Shown here: positions 39,979 to 50,504 of the stretch, in pieces
How positions within the stretch are numbered: the first letter of the stretch is position 1
Layout: every line of letters begins with the position of its first letter
Assembly (NCBI GenBank): GCA_002269645.1
Contig: NIVC01000798.1
Coordinates: 30,191-94,190, forward strand
DNA length: 64,000 nucleotides
Reading direction: 5' to 3'
From: Macrostomum lignano
Taxonomy: Eukaryota
Translations under genes and position numbers: made by a program
The notes under the pieces: model-generated
What the model saw: only the letters and a program-made list of their open reading frames with translations
Told to the model about the DNA's origin: nothing
Database searches by the model: none

Positions 39979-42442
39979 GTAGTAGTAGAGCAGCAGTAGT
40001 CTGTAATATTCGAAATTATTTTGAAATTAATTTTCAGACAAAGGGACCTCAGCTCACTTCAGCTGCAGTACAATCAGATTGCCAAGATAGGTAAGCTGGA
40101 TTTAAGATTAACTCTCTGAATTTTTCTATAGCTAATTTAATCATAAATTCCTCAATCTCCATTAAGGCAGCGGCCTGGCACCTCTAAAAAAGCTCAACTC
40201 CCTCAAACTAAACAACAATGAGCTGCGAACGATGGAGGTCAAGGAGCTCGCACCGATGAGTCAGCTCACCTTTCTGGATGTCAGCTTTAACCAGCTGAAA
40301 GATATTTCAGTCAGTTGGCTTGTTTCAGTCTTTGTGAGATCTACAGAGATGAGTCTAAACTTTTATGATATGAATGAACTTTGAATTGTCTTTCAGGCTG
40401 TCGTCTGTCTGCCTCATCTCGAGGAGCTTCGAGCTGACAACAATCTGCTGGAGAGCTTGCCCGACTTTAGCCGCTGCAGAAAGGTAAGCTTGAGGAATAT
40501 ATCCTGCCTTTGTCCGCCCCCTGCAGCCACTTCTCAGTGCAGTCTCCGCCCCCTGCAGCCACTGCTCAGTGCAGTCTCCGCCCCCTGCAGCCACTTCTCA
40601 GTGCAGTCTCCGCCCCCTGCAGCCACTGCTCAGTGCAGTCTCCGCCCCCTGCAGCCACTGCTCAGTGCAGTCTCCGCCCCCTGCAGCCACTTCTCAGTGC
40701 AGTCTCCGCCCCCTGTAGCCACTGCTCAGTGCAGTCTCCGCCCCCTGCAGCCACTTCTCATTGCAGTCTCCGCCCCCTGCAGCCACTGCTCAGTGCAGTC
40801 TCCGCCCCCTGCAGCCACTGCTCAGTGCAGTCTCCGCCCCCTGTAGCCACTGCTCAGTGCAGTCTCCGCCCCCTACAGCCACTGCTCAGTGCAGTCTCCG
40901 CCCCCTGCAGCCACTGCTCAGTGCAGTCTCCGCCCCTACAGCCACTGCTCAGTGCAGTCTCCGCCCCCTGCAGCCCTCAGAACCGATTCGATCCCATCTC
41001 CAACCGCCCCCGCAGCTCCGAGACCTGCACGCATCGCACAACCTGCTGAGCAGTCTGGCTAGCCTTCGCACGGCGCCAAACCTGGAAGAGCTAGACCTGT
41101 CGCACAATCGCCTGGCGGAGCTGCCAGCCCCTCTCGACCTGAAATTGCAGCGTTTGACCAGCCTTAGCCTAAGCGATAATCGTCTGGCAGAATTTGGCTG
41201 GCTGCCAAACGCCTGTTCAAACGTGTACACGCTTGACATGTCCAATAATGGGCCCGTTGAGATGGACGAGCGATTGGCTGTGAGTCTGAGCTTTTTTTGC
41301 GATAATAGGTTGCTAAATTTACTCCTAATGTCCATAGCTTAGGTGGTTGAGGGTTGTAAGTCTACCCCAAACTGTCTATGGCTCAGGTAGCTGAGGTTGT
41401 AAGTCTACTCCAAACTGTCTATGGCTCAGGTAGTTGAGGTTGTAAGTCTACTCCTAACTGTCTATGGCTCAGGTAGCTGAGGTTGTAAGTCTACTCCAAA
41501 CTGTCTATGGCTCAGGTAGCTGAGGGCTGTAAGTCTACTCCAAACTGTCTATGGCTCAGGTAGCTGAGGGTTGTAAGTCTACTCCTAACTGTCTATGGCT
41601 CAGGTAGCTGAGGTTGTAAGTCTACTCCTAACTGTCTATGCCTCAGGTAGCTGAGGGTTGTAAGTCTACTCCTAACTGTCTATGCCTCAGGTAGCTGAGG
41701 GTTGTAAGTCTACTCCTAACTGTCTATGGCTCAGGTAGCTGAGGTTGTAAGTCTACTCCTAACTGTCTATGCCTCAGGTAGCTGAGGTTGTAAGTCTACT
41801 CCTAACTGTCTATGGCTCAGGTAGCTGAGAGTTGTAAGTCTACTCCTAACTATCTATGGCTCAGATAGTTCGGCTAAGAACTCTACTCCTAAATCAACGT
41901 CTAATGGCTCAGTTAGATAGACGGGGTTCTACAGCTCGTACTTATTCCATTACTCTCTGTCTCCAGCTTCATCTGAGCATTATTGCATACCATGAAATTT
42001 CAGGCCGCCCTGGGCCGTCTAGGGAACCTCTTCGAGCTGAGCTTCACTAACTGTCTGACACCCGTGGCTGCTGTACAAAAACTGCTACCGAATCTGGACT
42101 ATTTCAACGGGGTAATTATGTTATTTTGCTTGAAATTTGAGTCCTTCTTGAGTAGGATTTGCAAAGAATCAAGAAGCTTGAAAATGGAGTTTAGTATATA
42201 GGAAGGAGCAACTAAAAGCTTAGACTAATGTACATTACTAAGAGTCTTATCTTATGTACATACAGGCAAATCTCTTACGAGCTATTAATATGTAGTTACT
42301 GAGAGTCTTACAAAATGTATGATTGAAAAAAAAATTACGTGAGGTAGAACGATGGGCAGACGACGGTGAGGTAGTCAGAAAGCTACATTACAGGCGGCAG
42401 ACAGACAGACAGACAGACAGGCAGACACTAAGACAGACACTA

Positions 42443-42485
<43 letters not shown>

Positions 42486-42486
42486 A

Positions 42487-42526
<40 letters not shown>

Positions 42527-42538
42527 GGACTGACAAAA

Positions 42539-42607
<69 letters not shown>

Positions 42608-42647
42608 CACAGACAGACAGAAAGACAGACAGACAGACAGGCAGACC

Positions 42648-42689
<42 letters not shown>

Positions 42690-42726
42690 AAGACAGACAG
42701 ACAGACAGACAGACGGACTGACAAAA

Positions 42727-42805
<79 letters not shown>

Positions 42806-42806
42806 A

Positions 42807-42865
<59 letters not shown>

Positions 42866-43329
42866 AAAAAGATTGAAAGCTAAGTATTCAATATAGACAA
42901 GAAAAAACACAAAGTTACTACTAGACAAAACTACTTTAAAATTCCAACTCGCAGTTCACCCTGCACCGGCCCAGCACGCCCAGCGGCGCCGGTGGCCACG
43001 GCGGTGGCGGAGCGCCGCCCCCGATGCGGCCGATGTCGGCAGCGTCGGCCGTGACGGCCAGGCAGGTGGAGAACCAGCTGCGCAGTCTGGAGAGCCGCAT
43101 GGTCTCCATGGAGGAGCAGACTGAGCAGGCCTTCCTACACCTGCGCTCGCGCCTAGGTCAGAAACTGGCGCCGGCGCCAAATCCGACTTCGCCAACGGCG
43201 TCGCTTCAACAAGACGCCAACGACGAAGCTCTGGCCGGCGATGGGGCGCCACTGACTGGCCGGGCGTCAAGCCGGCGGGATCGGCTGCGGGACGCTCTGG
43301 AATTCGGCAGGCAGAGCCGGGCGCTCTGA
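36858..43329 (+). CDS. SDS22-like leucine-rich-repeat protein with C-terminal coiled coil, ~505 aa. Exons 36858-36957, 37037-37198, 38374-38441, 38529-38621, 38699-38770, ~40045-40090, 40167-40309, 40397-40483, 41016-41279, 42004-42111, 42955-43329
   Basis: Repeated LxxLxLxxN units ([88 protein letters not shown]), an LRR-cap-like [10 protein letters not shown] and a helical tail [19 protein letters not shown]. All junctions are phase-consistent except exon 5/6. Confidence 0.85.
37388..38332. mobile_element. hAT-like non-autonomous element containing a 21-bp minisatellite (37500-38170)
   Basis: Perfect 14-bp TIRs CAGGGGCGTCGCCA / TGGCGACGCCCCTG; 8-bp flanks CCTAGGCA and CCTAGGTA (7/8, TSD-like); internal unit TTTTAGCGCCGCAGGCACTCA. 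Confidence 0.85.
38934..39990. repeat. (AGT)n microsatellite, ~1 kb, in LRR-gene intron 5
   Basis: Direct inspection. Confidence 0.98.
40513..40975. repeat. 32-bp minisatellite in an LRR-gene intron
   Basis: Unit GCCCCCTGCAGCCACTGCTCAGTGCAGTCTCC. Confidence 0.95.
41340..41900. repeat. 43/44-bp minisatellite in an LRR-gene intron
   Basis: Unit CTCAGGTAGCTGAGGTTGTAAGTCTACTCCTAACTGTCTATGG. Confidence 0.95.
42398..42864. repeat. (CAGA)n microsatellite
   Basis: Direct inspection. Confidence 0.97.
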
Positions 43330-43472
43330 TTGGGACGGTCGGCTTGTGTTTTTTTAAGAAATCACTGCCACTTCCTGTTGGCTGGGAAGCCAGTGAAGAC
43401 CCGGATGCCATTTGGCATCAGTCGCAAAAGTTCAAAATAGAATAAAATACCAACATTTCTACCGTACCCTTA

Positions 43473-43928
43473 CACTCCGGCAAACTTCGGCCCGCGAAGC
43501 CTCTCTATCCGGCCCTTGGGTCCTTTGAAACTTCACAATAGCAATCCGGCAATCCAGCTAAGGTTTGTGTCTCTTCTCAGGTCATTCCTCTTTCCTCTCT
43601 TCTCTATTTTCTCTCCTCTCCTCTCTCCTCATCTCCTCCCTCCACTCCTCTCTCTTCTCCACTCCTCTCTCTCTCCCCTCTCCTCTCCTCCCCTTTCCTC
43701 CCCTCTCTTCTCTCTCCACACCTATTATCTTCTCTCTTCTGTCTCTCCTCTCTCCTCTTCTCTCATCTCCTTTCTTCTCTCCTCTCCTCTTATCTCATCG
43801 CATCTCTTATCTCTCATCTCGCCTCTCACCTTTCATCTCCTCTATTCCCTTTCTCCCTCTCACCTCACCCGCAGTAATGATCTATATTTTTGATCTGGCC
43901 CTTGAGGCAAAAAGTTAGCCGACCCCTA
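43473..43928 (-). mobile_element. hAT-Charlie-like MITE with internal CT-rich microsatellite
   Basis: Right end ATCTGGCCCTTGAGGCAAAAAGTTAGCCGACCCCT is the reverse complement of the start of 48035. Left end GGCAAACTTCGGCCCGCG...ATCCGGCCC is typical of MER58/Charlie-type termini. Confidence 0.65.
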
Positions 43929-44619
43929 CAGTATCCACTCTCACCTACAGCAGTTGCAGAAGTCTGCAGACTCCATGTTTACAGATTGCTCAAATTTTAC
44001 AGTCAATAGAAGTCTTGATATCCCAATAATCCCAATAATTATAAAATTATTGATACTTCAAAGGAAATATGAATTACTGGGTCCAGATCCAGGAAGACAA
44101 CAATTAGACTGGTTGATGTGTCATGACGAACGCTAAGATTGCATAAGTAAATCTCTCTGCATCTCACACAGCCACAGTGAGATAACAGGGGGAATTCCTA
44201 GAAAGATGTTTCCTAGAAAGAATTGTGACGACTGTCATAAATTTTGTATTAATAAATAAATCAACTCAGAGCTGCTCTGATGCCCAAATGTGTCTATATA
44301 TAGCTAGCTGTTTTTAGCCAAAGCTCTTAATGCATTTTATAATTTAATAAGCTACTCGCTAGTAGCATGGCTTGAATTTGTTCTTTTTTGTTAATAATTT
44401 CAATATGAATACAGTGCGGAAAGGTGGATTGAACTATTGAAGCATTGTCTGAAATACTAGAAAAGTATTCATAGCACCCCCCACAATAGGAGGTAAATAT
44501 GGTGGATTAGATTCATTCTGTAGTGGGCATTAACAATATTGCTATGATAAGCAATCAGAGGAAAAATGGCCAAAGGATCGAAGGTCCTAGGCTCGATTCG
44601 GAATCCTGGACAGCTAAAG

Positions 44620-45070
44620 CAGAAGGCCGCTGCACCCGCACATCGTGCAGATTTCGCTGCGAACTGCACTGGCGAGATGGAAGTTTTCAGTTCTTCAGCA
44701 ATGAATCCCCAATTTGTCACCTGCTGGACTTCCGAATTGCAGATGCAGCCAGCAGGCGTTTTGCCCGAGCTGCGCTCACAAGTTTATCAAGCTGCTTTTT
44801 CATGAACTGCTGCCGGAGACCGGCAAGCAAACAAAGTTGCGGCGAAATTGCAGCCGCTCCCACAGATAATAAATACAGATAATAATAAATGGTATTTAGT
44901 ATCTGTGGCCGCTCCTGTCTCTGCAGTGTTTTGTCTGGACGGATTTGTCTATGGCCAAACCCCACTCAGCGCTGCGCAGAACGAAGTGTTTCTAGTGGTC
45001 CTTGATTCAGTGCTGAAGAACTGAAAGCTTCCCATCTCGCCAATGCATTTCGCGGTGAAAACTCCAGCAA
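44620..45070. mobile_element. MITE-like element (same family as 31440-31908) carrying a nested 47-bp insertion
   Basis: ~40-bp inverted repeats GCACTGGCGAGATGGAAGTTTTCAGTTCTTCAGCA... / ...TGCTGAAGAACTGAAAGCTTCCCATCTCGCCAATGC; the body is the reverse complement of 31650-31905. Confidence 0.78.
44861..44907. mobile_element. 47-bp hAT-like micro-element
   Basis: 16-bp TIRs with one mismatch (CACAGATAATAAATAC versus reverse complement CACAGATACTAAATAC); perfect 8-bp TSD GCCGCTCC; the empty site is visible in the paralogous copy near 31700. Confidence 0.85.
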
Positions 45071-45406
45071 AATTGGCACGGTTTGCGGCGTCCTGCTGCT
45101 TCAGCTGTTTAAGAACTCGAGGTCACACACTGACTTGGAGCTCACTGAAATGATTGAGTCTAGACAGAGGTTAATAACTACTTCAGTCAAAGATGACGCA
45201 ACAACTCGCCTACGAGTATCTGCTGCGTGCCAACTGTGAACACTTGCAGTCCAAAATGAGGCTTCCTGAGGAAGGTCGGTTGCTCCTTGGCTCAGAGGTT
45301 GGCGGCAGCGACCCATGGAATTTCCGCGGCTTTCCCTGCGGCAGAGTTGAGCTATCATCTGCTACTACTATAGCTGATCGTTTCCTATGTAGAGTGGCCG
45401 GCCCGC

Positions 45407-47628
45407 TCACGTCACTAGGAACAGCCGCAGCCTCCTGGCGTCCCGCTCGGCCACTGCCAGCCAGGTCAGTCCGGGTTCGAGTCCCGGCCACACGGCCAGG
45501 CCACAGGGACTCTCCAGCAGAATCCGGCCATCCCGCCGTCCGCGGCCGCCGCCTGGCCGGCCCAGTTCGCCAAGTCGGCCGAGCAGTCGGACACCGTCCG
45601 GCGAGTAGATGTCGATCACGTGATCCTCAGTGTAGCTCACGAACACCCGGCTGGAGGCGTCGACGGCCACCGACACGGGGGATCCGGAGCTGCAGGTGGG
45701 ATGACAACGGATCCGACTCTGTGCCAAAGCCCCTGGGTTCGATTCTTAATTATTTGGTGCCAACGCTCAAGGCAGGCGAGATAGGCAACGCATGCTACTG
45801 ATGCTGAGATTGGTCTCAGGTCATTTTACATGTTGCCTCCGATTGCATTTTTATTGCTGAAGAAATTTCTGATTTGAAAATTCGGCCACTGAGTCAAATT
45901 TGTATTTTTAGGCGTTCTATATTCTCGTGACTGTCTTTATCTAGCTGTATGTCGTCGGTGATAATAATTACGTCTGGTTAAGTGCCTCTGTTGTATGAAA
46001 AACTGTATTCATGTAAATCATGCTGAATTCATTTACTGAGAATGCTATAGGGAGGGTGCTGTAGGTGCTGTAGGGAGGGTGCTCAGCCCCAGCACTCACC
46101 ATCGCTCAGCACAGCCCGGAGCTGCCGGCCACTCCGCAGCCTCTCCGGTCTCCAATCGAATTTGCAGCAGCCGCCGTCCCTGGAAGTCGGTGAGTAGCAG
46201 GGCGCTGCTGTCGGCGACAACAGCAAGCCGGCCAAAGCTGCCGGTGTGCCGATGCCCAACCGCAGCCAGCTCGCACCCGATTGGCTGGCCGCTGTCGTCC
46301 TCGCCAAGGCAGCAGTCAGCACTCGCCGGTTGGCTTCGTCGAACACGAACAGGCGGCTGTCGGCGGGCAGGCCGGTAAGGCCGCCGCAGCACAGCGGAGC
46401 CGGCAGGCTGAGGCTGAAGAGCCGCCGGCCGGCCAGGCAGCAGGCGGTGACGCCGAGCTCGTCCTGCGAGACGAACAGCCTCTGCCTGACAGAGTCGCAG
46501 TAGAGGCCGCGCACCTGAGCAGCAGAGGTGAGGCAAAAAAGCGGTTCAGAACCCAAGGCTTTTGGGTTCGATTCGGGTATTCGGGGCATGTTCATGAGAA
46601 TTGTGAGGGTCTGGAAGGGGCTAACAAAGTCACAGAGAGTGTACATGTCTGACGAGGAGAAGTTAGTCAGAGCTGCTGTACACCCTGTGTGAGCGCGTGC
46701 CTGACTGCTTGCCTCCTCGAAGGCTGCGGGTCCACCCGCCATGATCTGCCAGCCAAGGCGCAGCAAAGACTCTCACCCGATGCGTCCAGTCGAGTTCGGC
46801 TCGAACGCGCAGCCGACAGCCATCGGAGCCAGCGCCAGCAGGTGGTCGGTCTGGTGGTCGCGGTGAAGCGAGGCGAACAGGCACACAGGCGGCAGCGGCT
46901 GCGCAGTGGGCGGCGGCACGTCGGCCAGCGAGACCATCACGCCAGAGTCCGCGTCCGCTCCGTAGCCCGACGTGTTGCGGCAGACGGTCGCCCACATGAC
47001 GTCGCCGACAAGCCGTCCCAGCTGGTCGACTCGACAACAACTGCGATTGCTGCCGCGCCACCTCGGTTGTATTGAGAAATGCGCGAACTGCCCCAGCGAA
47101 TGAGCGGCACAGGGAAGTCCAATTGTCGGACAGCTGCTTGGCGGCAGCGGCAGACAGGGCGGCGGTCCTGAGTCCCGCTGACGCCAGCCTGACCAGAGCC
47201 AGCTCCATGCGCCGCGCCAGGCGGTGCACAGCAACCAGATCGTCCTGCGCCATCGCCGCCGCGTCCTCCGTCTCGTAGGTCAGCAGCTCCGCCAGTCTGC
47301 ACTCTTCTCCATCTCCGTCGGTGTCAACGTCAAGGGCTTGAAGTGTAGCTCGGAAGCTGCACTCCAGCAGGTTGCGCGCCTCCTCCACTGCTCTGCGCGC
47401 CTCGGCTCGGCATCTGCGCCGCTCTATGCGCGCTTTCGACGCCTCCGTGGCCTGACGATAGCGTGCGAGAACGCGCCTGCGCAGCTGCATAACGCTGTCG
47501 GCGTCCTGAGCAGCGTGAGTGGCGCACAGCGGGTCGCCGGTGGCTACGGCAGCTGCTCCCTTAGCTGGCTGGTGACAGCCGTAGCAGCTGCACTCTGTGG
47601 CCGTTGATTCTATCCGTTGGTTGCTCAT
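45407..47628 (-). pseudogene. B-box / coiled-coil / NHL-type beta-propeller (TRIM-NHL-like) gene with frame disruptions; either a pseudogene or assembly indels. Approximate exons 46777-47628, 46100-46514, 45407-45689
   Basis: N-terminal CYGC...LCATH zinc-ligand pattern, helical segment, then blades such as GLTGLPADSRLFVFDEANRRVL, RLAVVADSSALLLTDFQGRRLL and the NHL-like PVSVAVDASSRVFVSYTEDHVIDIYSPDG. The high-GC3 coding frame switches near 47035 and near 46312. Confidence 0.65.
46545..46710 (+). mobile_element. SINE fragment (same family as 20690-21015) in intron 1 of the NHL-type gene
   Basis: B box GGGTTCGATTC followed by GAGTGTACATGTCTGACG...GCTGTACACCCTGTGTGAG, matching the middle segment of the 20690-21015 copy. 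Confidence 0.65.
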
Positions 47629-48034
47629 TTAGCTCACTCAGGTGTGAGTCAGTTTGACTGAGTCTAATTATATTTACTATACTCGTACGTACAACTACTG
47701 GAACAGAATTGAGTGGCCCGTGTGCACATTTCAGACATGTTGCCTCATACCGAGGCAGCCAATGGTGAGCAGCTTTTTGGTTTAGTTGATAAGAGCACAA
47801 GAGTCGACTGCTACTGACGATAACTCAGAAGTATTGACTCATAACTACTTGATAAGGCGAGAATATGTGAAGAGAAATATTAGTCCTAAGCTGTGATCCT
47901 CAGCCGGATGTGCAGGTTTACACAGTATGATTTTCATGGACAGCTGAAGTAGAAGGTCGCTACACTCGGTTTTCTTAGGAATGAGCTGGAACCCATAGTT
48001 GCCATGTTGGCAGTGCATTTAGTGTGCTCTGGAG

Positions 48035-48478
48035 CAGGGGTCGGCCAACCTTTTGCATCAAGGGCCAGATAAAGGGTCTTCTAGTTCATTTTTTGCTGAC
48101 AAAATGAGAAAGGAAGAAAGAATAGAGGAGAGAGAAGTGGAAGAGATGAGAGATGAGAGAAATAATAGAGGAGAGGAGACAAGAAAGGAGTGTAGAGGAG
48201 AGGAGAGGAGAGGAGAGGAGAGGAGAGAAGAGGAGTGTAGAGGAGAGAGAGGAGAGGAGAGGAGAGGAGAGGAGAGGAGAGGAGAGGAGAGGAGAGGAGA
48301 GGAGAGGAGAGGAGAGGAGAGGAGAGGAGAGGAGAGGAGAGGAGAGGAGAGGAGAGGAGAGGAGAGGAGATGAGATGAGATGAGATGAGATGAGATGAGA
48401 GGAGAGGAGAGAGAAGAGCTGAGAAGAGACAAACCTTGAGCGAGCGAGCCGGAATCAGAGGCTTCATGGGCCGGATAT
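48035..48478 (+). mobile_element. hAT-Charlie-like MITE with internal (GAGAG)n microsatellite, right end truncated
   Basis: Starts CAGGGGTCGGCCAACCTTTTGCATCAAGGGCCAGAT; ends near GGGCCGGATAT. Confidence 0.65.
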
Positions 48479-49322
48479 AGCTGGGGCAGAATTTTTACCT
48501 GAATGGGGTTTCACCATAGACAAAATCGGTCGAGAAAAATCCTCGCTAGAAAAGTCCGATATCTTGAGGGAATTTCTAAGAAAATCAAGCATATACTGGC
48601 CTCCCACTTCAGTTGTCAATAACTTTATTATAATATTTATTAAGCTCTTCTAAAAGGTAGAGTGTGTGTGTTTGCCTAATGCCTAGCCAATCTAGAACTA
48701 TAAACTATCTATCTTATTACCCAGCTTGTTCAACCAAAGTACATGCAGGCTCGTAGTTGTTTTTCGATAAGATATTATGATAATGATACTTGCTAGTAAG
48801 AATTCTAGCTCCGGTGGCGAACACAGATACTAGAATTCATGTAACTATTGCAATAGATGGGCCACTCAGGCATAAATAAATACTTAGTAAATCAGCTTTC
48901 TACTTTCAGTTCAGTAGCAATGAAGAATACATAAGCCATTTTATAAACATAACCGCAGCTGAAATGACTTTGATAAGTTTAGCAGCCCAAGCTTGCAGGC
49001 GTAAACAACTTGCTAATTGGTTCAGCAATAATGTACATTAGCCAGTCCACTGAAATGTACATGGCAGCTTTAGGCTGGAATTCCGAGAAAGGCAATAAAA
49101 ATTGGGGTGGGGCGAGGGGGGTAGTGTGGAAAGGCGCGGTTGGAGGGTTTAAGCCACAGAATATACACAGAATGGCGAATCGGCAGTTCTCTATGAAAGC
49201 GAAAATAAATGCGCTTGCACTACTAACGTTGTGAAGCTGATAAGTAGTTGCGTTTTTTGAACGCAAAGTTGAATGTAAAAGTTGAGCTCAAGACAGCCTT
49301 TGAAAGCCTTGAGTCGTCGTTT

Positions 49323-50219
49323 NNNNNNNNNNNNNNNNNNNNNNNNNNNNNNNNNNNNNNNNNNNNNNNNNNNNNNNNNNNNNNNNNNNNNNNNNNNNNN
49401 NNNNNNNNNNNNNNNNNNNNNNNNNNNNNNNNNNNNNNNNNNNNNNNNNNNNNNNNNNNNNNNNNNNNNNNNNNNNNNNNNNNNNNNNNNNNNNNNNNNN
49501 NNNNNNNNNNNNNNNNNNNNNNNNNNNNNNNNNNNNNNNNNNNNNNNNNNNNNNNNNNNNNNNNNNNNNNNNNNNNNNNNNNNNNNNNNNNNNNNNNNNN
49601 NNNNNNNNNNNNNNNNNNNNNNNNNNNNNNNNNNNNNNNNNNNNNNNNNNNNNNNNNNNNNNNNNNNNNNNNNNNNNNNNNNNNNNNNNNNNNNNNNNNN
49701 NNNNNNNNNNNNNNNNNNNNNNNNNNNNNNNNNNNNNNNNNNNNNNNNNNNNNNNNNNNNNNNNNNNNNNNNNNNNNNNNNNNNNNNNNNNNNNNNNNNN
49801 NNNNNNNNNNNNNNNNNNNNNNNNNNNNNNNNNNNNNNNNNNNNNNNNNNNNNNNNNNNNNNNNNNNNNNNNNNNNNNNNNNNNNNNNNNNNNNNNNNNN
49901 NNNNNNNNNNNNNNNNNNNNNNNNNNNNNNNNNNNNNNNNNNNNNNNNNNNNNNNNNNNNNNNNNNNNNNNNNNNNNNNNNNNNNNNNNNNNNNNNNNNN
50001 NNNNNNNNNNNNNNNNNNNNNNNNNNNNNNNNNNNNNNNNNNNNNNNNNNNNNNNNNNNNNNNNNNNNNNNNNNNNNNNNNNNNNNNNNNNNNNNNNNNN
50101 NNNNNNNNNNNNNNNNNNNNNNNNNNNNNNNNNNNNNNNNNNNNNNNNNNNNNNNNNNNNNNNNNNNNNNNNNNNNNNNNNNNNNNNNNNNNNNNNNNNN
50201 NNNNNNNNNNNNNNNNNNN
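49323..50219. other. Assembly/scaffold gap (897 N)
   Basis: Run of N. Confidence 1.
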
Positions 50220-50504
50220 ATTCAATGGCAATATGGGTACAGCATTTGGGACACGCAAGGGAGAAAGTGCACAGAGGAACTAATACAAAGCGACGTTTGT
50301 AATTAGGATTGAGAAATCCCAAATCGTATAGACTTAAAAAGCCTGGGAGACTGACAAGGATATAAATTCGGCTGCTTGTTTGAAAGAGTTGGATAAAGAT
50401 GCTAGCCAATATGGGTCAAGTTGATGGATGTTGTTGAATTAAAGCGGCAGTCAACTCTCCGTCTTTCTGGTTTGAAGATAGCAAAAATGTTACATTAGTG
50501 GGCT

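Noticed and set aside
49191-50409. ORFs of 330-370 aa spanning the N run
   Set aside because: Artefacts of the assembly gap
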